Below, in pieces: positions 41,999-52,980 of a DNA stretch of 64,000 nt. The notes under the pieces are model-generated. The model did no database searches. It was not told the origin of the DNA and saw nothing but the letters and a program-made list of their open reading frames with translations. The stretch is from Planctomycetota bacterium (GTDB taxonomy: Bacteria; Planctomycetota; PLA2; JAEUHO01): contig CBDCWP010000044.1 of the NCBI GenBank assembly GCA_965223505.1, positions 128,001-192,000 of the forward strand, read 5' to 3'. Position 1 is the first letter of the stretch; each line of letters starts with the position of its first letter. The position numbers and the translations under genes were made by a program.

Positions 41999-43729
41999 CT
42001 ATTTGGGCGCCCTGCCCGAGATCGCCGGCTTCGTGGTGCGCTTGAGGAAGAGCAACGCAAGGCACGTCGCCACGATCTCGCTCTCGGCCTCGAGCGACGC
42101 CGGCGCGGTCCACGCCCCGTTCTCGCGCTGGCGGGCGAGGAGCTGCGCCGCGCCCTCGAAGTACCAGTCCTTCCCGCCCACACGCCGCACCCGGTCGAGC
42201 ATCGCGGCCCGCTCGAGGCTGTAGAGCGCGTAGTAGAACCACTTGCCACCGGGCTGCCCCGCGTGACGGTCCATCGTCCACCTGGCGTCCAGCCACGCCC
42301 AGCCACCGAGCATCATGTCCTCGATCTCGCGTTCCACCTTCGGCGTCAGCTTCTTGCTCTTCCGCAGCCGCAGCTGCTCGCGCGCGATGGCCAGGCACGT
42401 GATCGCGGCCGACGTCATCGAGGCGCGTGGGATGCGGTACTGCTCCGGCGTCCCGTAGCGGAACCCGGCGACGCGCGCCACGATCGACTCGGGTTCCGCC
42501 GATCGCCCGTTCGCCAGGATGCCCTCGCCGACGTGCGTGAGGTGAACGCGACCCTTCGGTCCCTTCGGTTCGCACAGCAGCTTGCAGTGACGAATCACGC
42601 CGAGCCAATGCGACGCTTCGACGTCCAGACCGATCTGCGACGCCGCGCGCAGCGCCAGCACGGCGTACTGCGTGTTCGAACCGTCGAACTTCAGCATCAG
42701 GGAGCTGGAGGGATAGCCCCAGGAGCCCGGCGACGCGTGGCTGGTCATCAGCTGCAGCGCGGCCTTCTCGCACCACCAGAAGCGCGCGTCCGGCATCTCG
42801 CGCTTCGTCTCCTCGAGCGACTTCGGCGGATACGCGGCCTCGAACGCGAGGATGCCGAGCGCGGCGTCGTAGGTGCTTCGCGGCACCTGGCGCTCCAACC
42901 ACGCCAGCGCCTTCTCGATCGCGGGATCCGTGTTCGGTACGCCGCAAGCTGCGAGCGTGAGCACCGCCAGCGCCGTCGTGCCCAACCGATGCTTGTCGTG
43001 CGGTCGATAGGAGCCCGGCGCCAGCTGGTTCTCCGGGGCCTGCAGGGTCCGCAGGTGCGCGACGCCCTTCTCGATGGCCTCGTCGACCTCCTTCTCGAAT
43101 CCGTCGTATCCATACGCGCACGCCTTCGACAACGAGAGGTCGTACGTCGTCGCGATCTTGCGCGGCCGCTCGCCGGGCTCCGCATCGAGCTTCTTCAGCG
43201 TGTAGGCGAGCGCCACACGAGCCTCGAGGACGCGGCCCGCGTCCGCGTCGAACCGCGTTCGAACGGTCGCCTCGCCCTTGGTGACGGCATGAACCGCGTC
43301 GCGGCCGGCCTTCCCGCGGCTGGCGAACGTGTAGGCGCCTTCGAGGGTCAAGATCGCGCCGTCCCGCGACGTCGCGGCGAGCGTGCCCTTGATGCGCACA
43401 CCGGTGACCGTGTGCAGCGGCAGGTCCAGCTTCACGCGCTCGCTGTCCTTCTCCGTCGTCGGCAGGCGCAGTCCGAGCACGGCCGGCAGATCGCGGCGCA
43501 CCGGATGCAGCGGCAGGTACTGGCCGTCGTCGCGCAGGTCGTGGCCGTACACCGTCACCAGAGATGCCGGGCCGAAGGTCGCCTCGTTCTTCTCCAGCGT
43601 GACCGTGCGCAGGTCGTAGCGCAGCATGTCGGACGGGCCGAGCCTCCAGCGAACGCTCGGCTCGCCGGCGCCGGCGCCGGCCACGCAGATCAGCAAGAGC
43701 GACGAAGCAACGAGGAGGCGCGTTCGCAT
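41999..43729 (-). CDS. Secreted prenyltransferase/squalene-oxidase repeat protein
   Basis: Signal peptide; AIEKGVAHL, GTTALAVLTL, GSWGY, DGSNTQYAVLAL, ASMTSAA, YYALYSLERA, TCLALLFLKRTT. Confidence 0.7.
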   Translation of the reverse strand: MRTRLLVASSLLLICVAGAGAGEPSVRWRLGPSDMLRYDLRTVTLEKNEATFGPASLVTVYGHDLRDDGQYLPLHPVRRDLPAVLGLRLPTTEKDSERVKLDLPLHTVTGVRIKGTLAATSRDGAILTLEGAYTFASRGKAGRDAVHAVTKGEATVRTRFDADAGRVLEARVALAYTLKKLDAEPGERPRKIATTYDLSLSKACAYGYDGFEKEVDEAIEKGVAHLRTLQAPENQLAPGSYRPHDKHRLGTTALAVLTLAACGVPNTDPAIEKALAWLERQVPRSTYDAALGILAFEAAYPPKSLEETKREMPDARFWWCEKAALQLMTSHASPGSWGYPSSSLMLKFDGSNTQYAVLALRAASQIGLDVEASHWLGVIRHCKLLCEPKGPKGRVHLTHVGEGILANGRSAEPESIVARVAGFRYGTPEQYRIPRASMTSAAITCLAIAREQLRLRKSKKLTPKVEREIEDMMLGGWAWLDARWTMDRHAGQPGGKWFYYALYSLERAAMLDRVRRVGGKDWYFEGAAQLLARQRENGAWTAPASLEAESEIVATCLALLFLKRTTKPAISGRAPK

Positions 43730-43797
43730 CGGCGGGATTGTAGGGGCGTTGGCGTCGCAGCGATGTCGCGTAGCATGGGCGCCCCGGAGGAGGGGTC

Positions 43798-44652
43798 GTG
43801 CAGCGCATCTTCGTTCTGAGCCTGGTCTTCGCCCTGGCCGCCTGCGGGGGCGGCGGTGGGACCGACACGCCCGGCGCTCCGGGGGCAGGCAACGGCACGC
43901 CCCCGGGCCTCCCAGGCGGCGGAGGGGGGAACCTGACGCCCAACCCGGGCCCGCAGGTCGCCCTGCTCGTCGTGAGCGGTCATGCATTCGGCGTCGCCCC
44001 GACCTACCTCGACACCACGGCCGGTCCGTTCCTCACGCAGGCCCTGACGAACGCCGGCTTCACGGTCGAGACGACCTACTACGAGGACGGCGGCGGCGCG
44101 GCGATCGGGTACGTGGCGTTGCTCGAGCGCTTGCGGTTCATCCGCGACAACTGGATCGAGAACCGTTCGAATCCGACGCAGATCATCCTGGTGGCGCACA
44201 GTCACGGCGGCCCCTGGAGCCACGGCGCCACACGCGACGTCCCCGACGCGCCGGTGCGTCTGCAGGTCGACCTGGACACGAGCTCGAACGGCTTCGCGCT
44301 CGTCCACACGGCCGGCGAGGTCAACCAGCTCGGCGGCACGCCCGAGGAGGCGTACAACATCCCGCTCAACGTGACCTGTCCGGTGTCGAACCACCCGTCA
44401 CAGGCGGGTTTCAGCTACGACCTCGAAGACGTCGTCTTTCCCAGCGTCGAGAAGCATCTCGAGGTGCGCTCCGGGGACATCGTCCTCAACCCGCTCAACA
44501 TCGAAGAGTACGACGAGCGCTGGAACGCGCGGCTCGACGCGACGACGACCGATCTGGCGTGCCACTTCTCGGGCACCAATCACAGCGAGGTGCACGCACC
44601 GCTGGGCACGACGATGCCGTTCGTGCGCGACTGGATCCTGCGAGAGCTGTAG
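43798..44652 (+). CDS. Lipoprotein, alpha/beta-hydrolase-like
   Basis: Lipobox ALAA-C, Gly/Pro linker, nucleophile elbow AHSHGG, C-terminal His (NHSEVH). Confidence 0.7.
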   Translation: MQRIFVLSLVFALAACGGGGGTDTPGAPGAGNGTPPGLPGGGGGNLTPNPGPQVALLVVSGHAFGVAPTYLDTTAGPFLTQALTNAGFTVETTYYEDGGGAAIGYVALLERLRFIRDNWIENRSNPTQIILVAHSHGGPWSHGATRDVPDAPVRLQVDLDTSSNGFALVHTAGEVNQLGGTPEEAYNIPLNVTCPVSNHPSQAGFSYDLEDVVFPSVEKHLEVRSGDIVLNPLNIEEYDERWNARLDATTTDLACHFSGTNHSEVHAPLGTTMPFVRDWILREL

Positions 44653-44667
44653 GGACCGGGCCCGACG

Positions 44668-45228
44668 TCAGGGGCTCGCGCGCCAAACCGCGGAAACGGG
44701 CTTGATCGGCATCGGCTCGCCGCCGGGGCCGTCCAGATACAGCTGCCAGTACCCGACGTCGTGCCACAGGCCGAACTTGTAGCCGACCTGTGTGAACGCG
44801 CCCGCGCGCAGGAAGCCCATCGACTCGTGCAGACCCACGCTCGGCTCGTTCGGCAGCGCGATGCCCGCCAGGACCGTGTGGTAGCCCTGCGATCGGAGCG
44901 TCGGCAGCAGCCGCTCGTACAGCGCGCGGCCCACGCCGCCGCCGTGATGGGACGGATGTACGTAGACGGCGATCTCGACCGTGAACGCGTAGGCGCAGCG
45001 ACCCCGATGGCGGTGAGCGCGGGCGAAGCCCACTGTCGTTTCGCCCCGCCGGGCGACCAGCCAGGGGTGCGTTTCGGCCAACGACGCCCACTCGTCCTGC
45101 ACGTCGCGCGGCGCGCGCGGCGCCTCGTGGAAGTTCGCCGCCGTGTGCTCGATGGCCCAGTTCTCGATGGCCGTGATCGCTTCGATGTCGCCGGCGGTGA
45201 CGAGGTCGATGGTGAGCGGCTCGTTCAT
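44668..45228 (-). CDS. GNAT N-acetyltransferase (phosphinothricin acetyltransferase-like)
   Basis: VYVHPSHHGGGVGRALY, LPNEPSVGLHESMGF, VGYKFGLWHDVGYWQ. Confidence 0.9.
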   Translation of the reverse strand: MNEPLTIDLVTAGDIEAITAIENWAIEHTAANFHEAPRAPRDVQDEWASLAETHPWLVARRGETTVGFARAHRHRGRCAYAFTVEIAVYVHPSHHGGGVGRALYERLLPTLRSQGYHTVLAGIALPNEPSVGLHESMGFLRAGAFTQVGYKFGLWHDVGYWQLYLDGPGGEPMPIKPVSAVWRASP

Positions 45229-45377
45229 CCGCACAAGGGTACCGGCCGGCGTGCATGTCCGTGTGAACGACCACAATCTCGCGACCGATCAACAGAGGTA
45301 GCAACGCCCTTTCGCACTGGACGCACGCCATCTCATTTCGCCGCGTCATCATCCTCGCGACCGGGCTCGGGCTTTTC

Positions 45378-46598
45378 GTGGCGCTCTTCGGCGCTCTGAG
45401 GCCCTCGCCCGTCGCCTATTGCGCCGATGCGCTCTCGCAGGACGCGTACGTCTGGCAACGACGGTGGGACGATCCGGTGCGGGACGCCGTTTCGCGACAC
45501 GGCGGCGCATTCGAGCGCCTGCTCCTGCTGGGCGCGGAGATCCGCTGGTGCGACGCCGGGCCGGAGGTCGTGGAGGTTCCCGTCGACTTCGCGTCGGTGC
45601 CCCGGTCGGCCGGCCTCGCGCTGCGTATCGGGCCCTACCGAGGCCGCTTCGCGAGCAACGACGCCGCGGCGCGGCGGATCGGCGACACGGCCGAGCGACT
45701 CGTGCGCGGCGCCCGGTCTGCGGGCATCGAGCCCCGCGAGCTCCAGCTCGACTTCGACGCCGCGACCCGACAGCTGGATGGCTATCGGCGCTGGATCGAG
45801 GCGTTGCGTGCGCGGCTCGACGTGCCGATCACCGTGACGGCGCTGCCCGCCTGGCTGGGGTACGCGGCCTTTCGCCGGCTCGTTCGCGACGTCGACGGCT
45901 TCGTGCTCCAGGTGCACTCCTTGGAGCGGCCGTCGGGGCCGTCATCGCCGGTCGTGCTGTGCGACACGGAGCGCGCGCGCACCTGGGTGCACGACGCCGC
46001 GACCTACGGCGTTCCCTTTCGCGTCGCGTTGCCGACCTACGGCTACGTCGTCGCGTTCGACGCGGACGGGCGGTTCAGCGGCCTCGCCGCGGAGGGCGCG
46101 CCGCGGAGCTGGCCGCCCGGCACGAAGCTTCGCGCCGTGCGTTCGGATCCGGCCGCGCTCGCGGCGCTCGTCGACGGCTGGATGCGCCGACATCCGGCGC
46201 TGCTGACGGGCCTCATCTGGTATCGGCTGCCTACGGCGCGCGACGAGCTCAACTGGCGCTTCGCGACGCTGGCTGCGGTCATGCGAGGCCGGACGCCGGC
46301 GCCACGGCGCCGCGTCGCGAAGCGAATGTCGGGCGAGGGACTCGTGGAGCTGGAGCTCGTCAACGAAGGCGACGCCGACGCGTCGCCCTACGTGACGATC
46401 GACGTTCGAACGCCGGGCGACGCGCTGTGCGATGCGCGGGCCGGGTTCCGATGGACGCGAAGCGGCGCCACGATCCGCTTCGAAGCCGTGCCCGAGATGG
46501 CCTTGCGCAGGCTGGCGCCCGGGGAGCGCCGGCTCGTCGGTTGGATTCGCGCGGATCACGCGGCCAAGTGGAGGGTGGATGTCGTCGATCGTGACTAG
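45378..46598 (+). CDS. DUF3142-like protein; start uncertain
   Basis: AYVWQRRW, LQLDFDA, TALPAWL, VLQVHS, PFRVALPTYG, IWYRLP..RDELNW. Confidence 0.65.
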   Translation: MALFGALRPSPVAYCADALSQDAYVWQRRWDDPVRDAVSRHGGAFERLLLLGAEIRWCDAGPEVVEVPVDFASVPRSAGLALRIGPYRGRFASNDAAARRIGDTAERLVRGARSAGIEPRELQLDFDAATRQLDGYRRWIEALRARLDVPITVTALPAWLGYAAFRRLVRDVDGFVLQVHSLERPSGPSSPVVLCDTERARTWVHDAATYGVPFRVALPTYGYVVAFDADGRFSGLAAEGAPRSWPPGTKLRAVRSDPAALAALVDGWMRRHPALLTGLIWYRLPTARDELNWRFATLAAVMRGRTPAPRRRVAKRMSGEGLVELELVNEGDADASPYVTIDVRTPGDALCDARAGFRWTRSGATIRFEAVPEMALRRLAPGERRLVGWIRADHAAKWRVDVVDRD

Positions 46599-48573
46599 GT
46601 GGCTCGGACTCCTGCTGCTCGCGGCGGCCGTGACCCAGACGTCGGGCAGCGTCCGCGCGTGCGGCCCGCACTTCCCCAACAGCGTCATCGTCGAGGGCGA
46701 CGGCTTCGTGACCTCGGCGCCGGCCGCCGGGTTCCGCTCGCTTGTCGAGCGCATCGTGATTCCCACGCCCCGGTTCCGTGCGAACAGGGTGTGGCCGGTC
46801 GAGCAACAGGCGTTCACCGACCGCACCGGCCGCCGGGAGCTGCTCGCCCGGCTTCGAGCGCTGAAGGTGCCGGCCGGGGTCCGCGAGGACGTGTTGTTCT
46901 CGCACGCGGACTTCCGCACCGCGCTCCGGCAGCGCAGGACCGGCGACCACGAGGGGCCGCTACCGACACTGCACGCGCGCATGCCCGCCGAGTTCTCGCT
47001 CTATCTGCGCGGCGCTGCCGCGTACCACGCCGACGATCGGGCGGGCGCGCGCGCTCACTGGGAGCGGATCCTGGCGCTCCCTGCCTCCGAGCGCCGTTAC
47101 CGCTCGGTGTGGGCGGCGTACATGATCGGACGCAGCCTCGTCGAGGACCGTCCCGGCGAGGCCCCTGCGTGGTTCGAGCGCGCTCGCACGTTTGCGCGCT
47201 CGGGGTTCCACGACCGTACGGCGTTGGCGGCGGCGAGCTACGGCTGGGAGGCGCGCGCCGCGCTGAACCACCAGGACGTTGCGCGGGCGTTGGAGCTGTA
47301 CCTGTTCCAGTACGCCACCGGTGACGACAGCGGGCTCACGTCGATGCGCATGGCGGCCGCCCAGGCGCTCGCCGCCGACGACGAGCGGCTCGCGGCGGTC
47401 GCGCGCAATCGCATCGCGCGCGAGATCGTGAACGCGGAGGTACTGGCCTGGCACAGCGCGTTCCTGGAGTGGGGGCACGCCTCGAAGAAGAGCATGCTGC
47501 GCTGGCTGGCGGCCGTCGAAGCGCACGGTCCGGCCGACATGCGCGACGCGGATCGGCTCGCGTGGGCCGCGTACCGCGTGGGCGCGGACGACGTCGCGGC
47601 GCGCTGGCTGGCCAAGGCAGAGCCGACATCGGTGATCGCGAGCTGGATTCGCGCGAAGCTCCTCCTTCGCGACGGCCGCATCGACGAGGCGGCGACGTTG
47701 CTGTCGACCGTCGTGCGTTCCTTCGAGTCCGGTGCGGGCGCGGACGTCGAGCTCGTCTGGCCGTCCCTCGAGGAGCGGCAAGACACTGCCGACAAGGCGC
47801 GCGGTGAGCTGGCGGCGCTGCGCCTCTCGCGAGGGGAGGCCGTTCAGGCGCTCGACGTCCTGGTCCGTTGCGAGCGTCACTGGATCGATGCGGCGTACAT
47901 CGCCGAGCTCGTGCTGACGCCGGACGAGCTCGCCGCGTTCGTGGAGCGCGTTCCGACGGAGAGCCGCCACGCGGACGCGCTTCGATCGCTTTGCGCGCGG
48001 CGTTTCATGCGCCGCGATCGCTACGACGACGCGCTGGCCGTCGTCGGCGAGCAGCGCGCATGGATCCAGTCGTTCGTCGACGCCGTGCGGCTGGGCCGTG
48101 ACGCGTCCATGCCGGCGACCGAGCGCGGGCTCGCGCTCTGGGCCGCGGCACGGACGATGCGAAAGCACGGCATGGAGATTCGCGGCACCGAGCTCGCGCC
48201 GGACTTCGCCATCTGGAACGGCGCCTACGAGTGGCCGGACCTGCGTTCGATTCGGTTGGACAACGACGGTCCGCTGACCAAGCCAACACCGGACGAACGG
48301 CTGCGCCTGAAGCAGCGCACCGACACCGTGCCCAATCGGCGCTACCACTACCGGTTCGTCGCCGCGGACCTCGGATGGGAGGCGGCCGCGTTGATGCCGG
48401 ACGAAAGCGAAGCGACGGCGAGGGTTCTCTGCACGGCCGGATCCTGGATCAAGATCGCCGATCCCGACTGGGCCGACCGTTTCTTCCAGGCCCTCGTGCG
48501 CCGGTGCGGCACGACGAAGCTCGGCGCCGAGGCGGCGCGGCTCAAGTGGTTTCCGAAGATCGAGAGCGACTAG
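46579..48573 (+). CDS. Secreted TPR-like helical protein coupled to the DUF3142-like gene
   Basis: Overlaps the upstream stop; signal peptide then ACGPHFP; helical repeats; HGMEIRGTELAPD. Confidence 0.65.
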   Translation: MSSIVTRWLGLLLLAAAVTQTSGSVRACGPHFPNSVIVEGDGFVTSAPAAGFRSLVERIVIPTPRFRANRVWPVEQQAFTDRTGRRELLARLRALKVPAGVREDVLFSHADFRTALRQRRTGDHEGPLPTLHARMPAEFSLYLRGAAAYHADDRAGARAHWERILALPASERRYRSVWAAYMIGRSLVEDRPGEAPAWFERARTFARSGFHDRTALAAASYGWEARAALNHQDVARALELYLFQYATGDDSGLTSMRMAAAQALAADDERLAAVARNRIAREIVNAEVLAWHSAFLEWGHASKKSMLRWLAAVEAHGPADMRDADRLAWAAYRVGADDVAARWLAKAEPTSVIASWIRAKLLLRDGRIDEAATLLSTVVRSFESGAGADVELVWPSLEERQDTADKARGELAALRLSRGEAVQALDVLVRCERHWIDAAYIAELVLTPDELAAFVERVPTESRHADALRSLCARRFMRRDRYDDALAVVGEQRAWIQSFVDAVRLGRDASMPATERGLALWAAARTMRKHGMEIRGTELAPDFAIWNGAYEWPDLRSIRLDNDGPLTKPTPDERLRLKQRTDTVPNRRYHYRFVAADLGWEAAALMPDESEATARVLCTAGSWIKIADPDWADRFFQALVRRCGTTKLGAEAARLKWFPKIESD

Positions 48574-48613
48574 ACGAGTCGCAAGCCCGGGGAGACCGAT
48601 GCGAGCTCGCGTC

Positions 48614-49048
48614 TCATGAACGCAGGTCGACGTGCGCGCCGGGCGACGGGAAGTCCGTCAGGTCGGGGGGCACGTATCCGTAGCGCGCGTCCGCGGACAT
48701 GATCCGCTCGCGAGAGTAGAACGTCAGCAGTCCGAACTTGTGCAGCAGGTAGCCGTGCCGCTCGAAGAACGCGTCGGCGCCGTCCAGCGCGCCATGGGCG
48801 CGCATCAACCCGTCCATGTATCGCAGCCAGGCCTGCGTGACCGTCTCGTGGTAGCCCATGTCGGGCCCCGTCGGAATGCCGTTGTGGGCGTTGAACGCCT
48901 GGATGCCCGCGCGCATCTTGTCGATGGCGTCCTCCAGCGGATGGGTCCGCAGATAGGTGTACGCCACCGTGAGGTGCGCCCGGTGGTTCCACTCGTCCAG
49001 CGGCAGGGTCAGGGACTCGAATCCCGCAAACAGCTCCGCCGGGTCCAT
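48614..49048 (-). CDS. Conserved hypothetical protein
   Basis: FE..TLP..EWNHRAHL.VA, GYHETVT..W, YSRERIMS..AR..YVPPDL. Confidence 0.7.
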   Translation of the reverse strand: MDPAELFAGFESLTLPLDEWNHRAHLTVAYTYLRTHPLEDAIDKMRAGIQAFNAHNGIPTGPDMGYHETVTQAWLRYMDGLMRAHGALDGADAFFERHGYLLHKFGLLTFYSRERIMSADARYGYVPPDLTDFPSPGAHVDLRS

Positions 49049-49114
49049 TGCAACCGCTTCCTCTCTCGCCGAACGGTATGATCGCACGCGTTGGACGACA
49101 CTCGGAGCGACATC

Positions 49115-50203
49115 ATGCGCATCGCCGCGACCCTTTCTCTCGCAGCCGCCCTCGCCTTCCTGCCGGGAAGCGTGACGGCCGACGAGGAGCACCGCATCGA
49201 CAACATGTCGATGGGCACCTACTGGTACGGCGCCAAGATCGAAAAGGAGGACCTCGTCGGAACGGTGGTGCTGCTCGAGATCTGGGGGTCGTGAGTAGGC
49301 TGCAAGGCGATCACGCCTCACTTGGTCAGTTTGGCCAAGCGTCTCGAAGACCGGCCCTTCCACCTCATCGCGTCCCACTGTCAGAACAACCCGAAGTCGG
49401 AGGTCGTGGCGTACATCAAGAAGCAAGGCGTCGCCGCTGACGCGCCGAACTTCACGGTCACGAGCCAGGCGCGGCACCCCGACGTCCAGGGCAACGGCCA
49501 CGTGCCGTACTACATCGTGTTCGACCACCGCGGGAAGCTGGTCCATCACCACATGTGCGGCGCCTACCACGGCGGGGACGGGCTCAAGATGATCGAGTGG
49601 GTCGATCAACTGCTCGAGGACGCGCCGGACCTGTACCTCGGCGAAGAGCCCTTCGAGCACGTCCCCGACCTCGCGGAGCGCATCGCGTTCAAGAAGGGCT
49701 TCGCGAAGGCCGTCGCCGAGGTGGAAGCCGGACTCGAGGACGAGAGCGTGGATGCCGGCAAGAAACAGGAGCTGCAGCGGCTCGCGGACGCCGTTCGCGC
49801 GTACTACGTCGCCGGCGAGAAGCGCGCGGACCGCGTTGCGGCGAGCAAGCCCAATCAGCTCGTGGCGCTGCTCAAGGAACAACGCAAGGAGCTCAAGGGC
49901 ACGAAGCTCGGCGCGAAGCTCGACGAGAAGATCGCCGAGGCGTCGAAGTCCAAGCACCTCAAGGCCGCGATCGCCGTGCAGAAGAAGTTGGACAAGATCC
50001 TGCGCGGGCTCGAGAAGCGCAAGCCGTGCAAGACGTGCAAGCGCGCGGGGCACGAGGGCGTCAATCTCGACTGCCCCGCTTGCCGCAAGGACAACGCGAG
50101 CGCGATCGAGAAGGCGGTCGAGAAGCTCGAGAAGCTCGCCGAGGAAGCGGACGGCCTGCCCATCGCGCAGGCCGTTCAGGACGCGCTTGCCGGCGTGAAG
50201 TAG
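49115..50203 (+). CDS. Secreted TlpA/redoxin-like selenoprotein (UVGC) with C-terminal CxxC..CxxC
   Basis: ORFs 49091..49294 and 49322..50203 are in frame; read-through gives GTVVLLEIWGS-U-VGC-KAITPHL. Later HVPYYIVFDHRGK and CKTC...CPAC. Confidence 0.85.
49305..49339 (+). promoter_or_regulatory. Candidate SECIS hairpin(s)
   Basis: cttggtca-GTT-tggccaag (49321-49339, loop 34 nt after TGA); alternative aggcg-atca-cgcct (49305-49318). Confidence 0.45.
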
Positions 50204-50244
50204 ACCTCCGCCGCGGGTAGGCTGGCGCGCCCTCGGAGCGCGGC

Positions 50245-51890
50245 GTGCAGGCACTCATCCAGCAGCTGAACGACATCCCCCTGGCGGGGTTGATGTTGGT
50301 CCGTCGCCCTCGGCTTCACGGTCGGCCGCCTCGCGTGGCGCGGCATGACGATCGGGCCCTCCGGCGGGACCCTGGCCATCGCGTTGGTGCTGGGCAACCT
50401 CGGGCTCGACTTCGAGGCCTTGTACGGCGGCGTCGAGCCGGCGCTGACGGTGGGCGCCTTCGGGTTCGCGTTGTTCATCTACTCCGTCGGCTTCGAGGCC
50501 GGGCCGCGCTTCTTCTCGAGCCTCATGGGCGGCCCCGGCTGGCGATTCGTGATGATCGGGACGACGGTCAACGTGCTCGCCGTCGTCTGCGCGATCGTCG
50601 GGGGGAAGCTCTGCGGGCTCAGCGCGTCGATCACCGCGGGCTTGCTCTCCGGCGCGTTGACGAGCGCGCCGACGTACGCCGCGGCCGTCGAGGTGGGGGA
50701 CGACCCCACGGCACTGGCGGTGAGCTTCGCGCTCGCGTTTCCCGTCGGGCTCGTCGGGCTCGTTCTGTTGATCCAGTTCGTGCCGCGGTTGATGGGCGAC
50801 GATCTCTCGGCCGAGCTCGACGAGAGCGAGGAGGACGGCGGCGGGCGTGAGAGCGCGCTCGAGTTCATGCGCGCGTTCGAGGTGCAGAAGGAAGAGGTCA
50901 TCGGCCGCACGCTTCGCGAGCTCGATCTCACGCACAAGACCGGCACGTACATCACGATGGTGCACCGCGGCAGCGAGGTCTTCGCCGCCGCCGCCGACAC
51001 GGAGCTGCGCGAACAGGACCACCTGTTGGTGCGCGGCCGCCTCGACGAGCTGCACAAGTTCGAGCAGACGGTCGGTCCGGAGGTGCTGGACCAGGAGCTG
51101 CACAACCGCATGCCGGCGCCGCGGCGGATCGTCGTGCTGGACCGCGACACCGTCGGCAAGACCCTGGCGGAGCTCGACTGGGCGCGCAAGCACCGCTGTC
51201 TCGTCGTGGGGATCTCGCGCGGCGGCGTCGAGATCGAGCCGAGCAGCGAAGCGCACGTCGATCGGGGCGACATCCTCAAGGTCGTGGGGCGGCGCGGTGA
51301 CGTGCGGGCGCTCGCCCAACGCGTCGGCCGGTACGAGCGCCCGACGAACGAGACCGACATCGCGGTGTACGCGGGCGGGATCTTCCTCGGCCTGTTGCTC
51401 GGCCGGCTCAGCTTCGAGGCCGCCGGCATCGACTTCGCGCTCGGCACGGCCGGCGGGCTCCCTGCTCGCGGGCATCCTCCTGGGCCGCTTCCGGACGATC
51501 GGAACGATGCACACGAACGTCCCACAGGCCGCACGGCAGCTCGTGCGCGACCTGGGGATCCTGCTGTTCATCGCCGAGACGGGCGTCAAGGCGGGCGGCA
51601 GCTCCCTCGAGGGGCTGCGCGGGATGCTCTGGCCGACGCTCGGCGTGGCCGGCGCGGCGACGCTGATCTCGGTCGTCGGCGCCGTATGGATCGCCCGCAA
51701 GATTCTGCGGATGCGCGCCGTGGACGCGTGGGGCAGCGTCGGCGGCGGCATGACCTCCTCGGCGGCGCTCGTCGCGGTGCGGCGCGCGGCGGAGAGCAAC
51801 GAGCCGGCGCTCAGCTACGCCGCCGCGTACGCCGTCGCGAGCGTGCTGGTCACCGTCGCCGGGCGCCTCGTCATCCTCTTCATGCAGTGA
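50245..51890 (+). CDS. AspT/YidE/YbjL-family transporter with two TrkA-C domains; frameshifts near 50300 and 51460
   Basis: GFALFIYSVGFEAGP, GALTSAP, two RCK-C-like domains, GGGMTSSAAL, YAAAYAVASV. Confidence 0.85.
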
Positions 51891-51945
51891 CGCCGCCCGA
51901 TCGGTATGCTGTCGGGCCCGACCGAGTCAGCCAAGGGAGATGTCG

Positions 51946-52338
51946 ATGAGCGACGAGAGCGGCGAGAAAGAGTTCTTCGAGGAGAAGAGTGACGGCGGCG
52001 CGAGCAAGGAAACGCGCACCTGGGCGATGTGGCTGCATCTGTCGATGCTGTCGGGCTTCATCGTCCCGTTCGCGGGACTGGTCGTTCCCATCGTGCTCTG
52101 GCAGATCAAGAAGGAAGAGCTGCCGGGCATCGATCCGCACGGCAAGAACGCCGTGAACTGGCTCATCTCGTACGTGATCTACGCCGCCGTGGCATTCGCG
52201 CTGGTCTTCCTCTTCATCGGGTTCATCCTGCTTCCGATCATCGGCATCATCGGGATCGTGTTCCCGATCATCGCGGGCATCAAGGCGAACGAGGGCAAGA
52301 TCTGGACCTACCCGCTGTCGATCAAGTTCATCAGCTGA
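51946..52338 (+). CDS. DUF4870-family membrane protein
   Basis: WAMWLHLS, PIVLWQIKK, HGKNAVNW, IIAGIKANEG..YPLSIKF. Confidence 0.85.
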   Translation: MSDESGEKEFFEEKSDGGASKETRTWAMWLHLSMLSGFIVPFAGLVVPIVLWQIKKEELPGIDPHGKNAVNWLISYVIYAAVAFALVFLFIGFILLPIIGIIGIVFPIIAGIKANEGKIWTYPLSIKFIS

Positions 52339-52341
52339 CCG

Positions 52342-52948
52342 CTACTCGCCGTCGGTCCCGTTGCTTCGAGACGGAGCGTTGCACGCCGTCTGCAGCGCCT
52401 TGAGCACGTTCGGCCACGCCTTGTCGAAGTAGGCGCGCACGTCCTGCCACTTGCCGCCCTCGCCGAACCCGAGGTGGTCGAGCTCCACGCGCGTTTGGCC
52501 GTCGTCCGCGTCGTGCAGCGTGATCACGACCCACGTGCGCTTCGCGCGCTCCGCCGCCAGGTGCGGCGGTGCGTTCCAGGAGAACGACACCATCTTCCCC
52601 GGCACGTAGCTGAGGAATTGGCAACCCTCGGAGCCGCGCTTGCCCGCGTGCTGGGGCGGGAGGAAATACCATTCCCATGGGGCCGCCGATGCGCAGCGCA
52701 ACGTTGCTCTCGATGCGCAGGAAGCCCTTGATGCCCGCCGACGTCGTCCACTTGTCGAAGACGGCGTCGCGGGTGCCGTGGACCACGATCTCGTGATGGA
52801 GTCCGGGGCCCGGCTTTCCCTCGGCGACGAACAAGGACGTGTCGATCGCCGCGGGCGCGTCCTCTTCGGCGTCGAGCAGACCGGCGGATGCGATGCAAAC
52901 GGCCAATGCCGCCACGAGCAGGACGCACTGGTTGCGCAACGAGGTCAT
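52342..52948 (-). CDS. Secreted SRPBCC/AHSA1-like protein; frameshift near 52680
   Basis: Signal peptide; VFDKWTT, LRIGGP / WEWYF, GSEGC, SFSWNAPP, TRVELDHLGFG, YFDKAWPNVL. Confidence 0.8.
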
Positions 52949-52980
52949 CTTCTTCTCGCTTTCTCGCCGACGGCCGGGCG

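Noticed and set aside
39891..43943. 1350-aa minus-strand ORF and similar long Arg/Ala/Pro-rich ORFs (for example 12026..14860, 60971..63595)
   Set aside because: Shadow ORFs typical of high-GC DNA that overlap well-supported genes in other frames.
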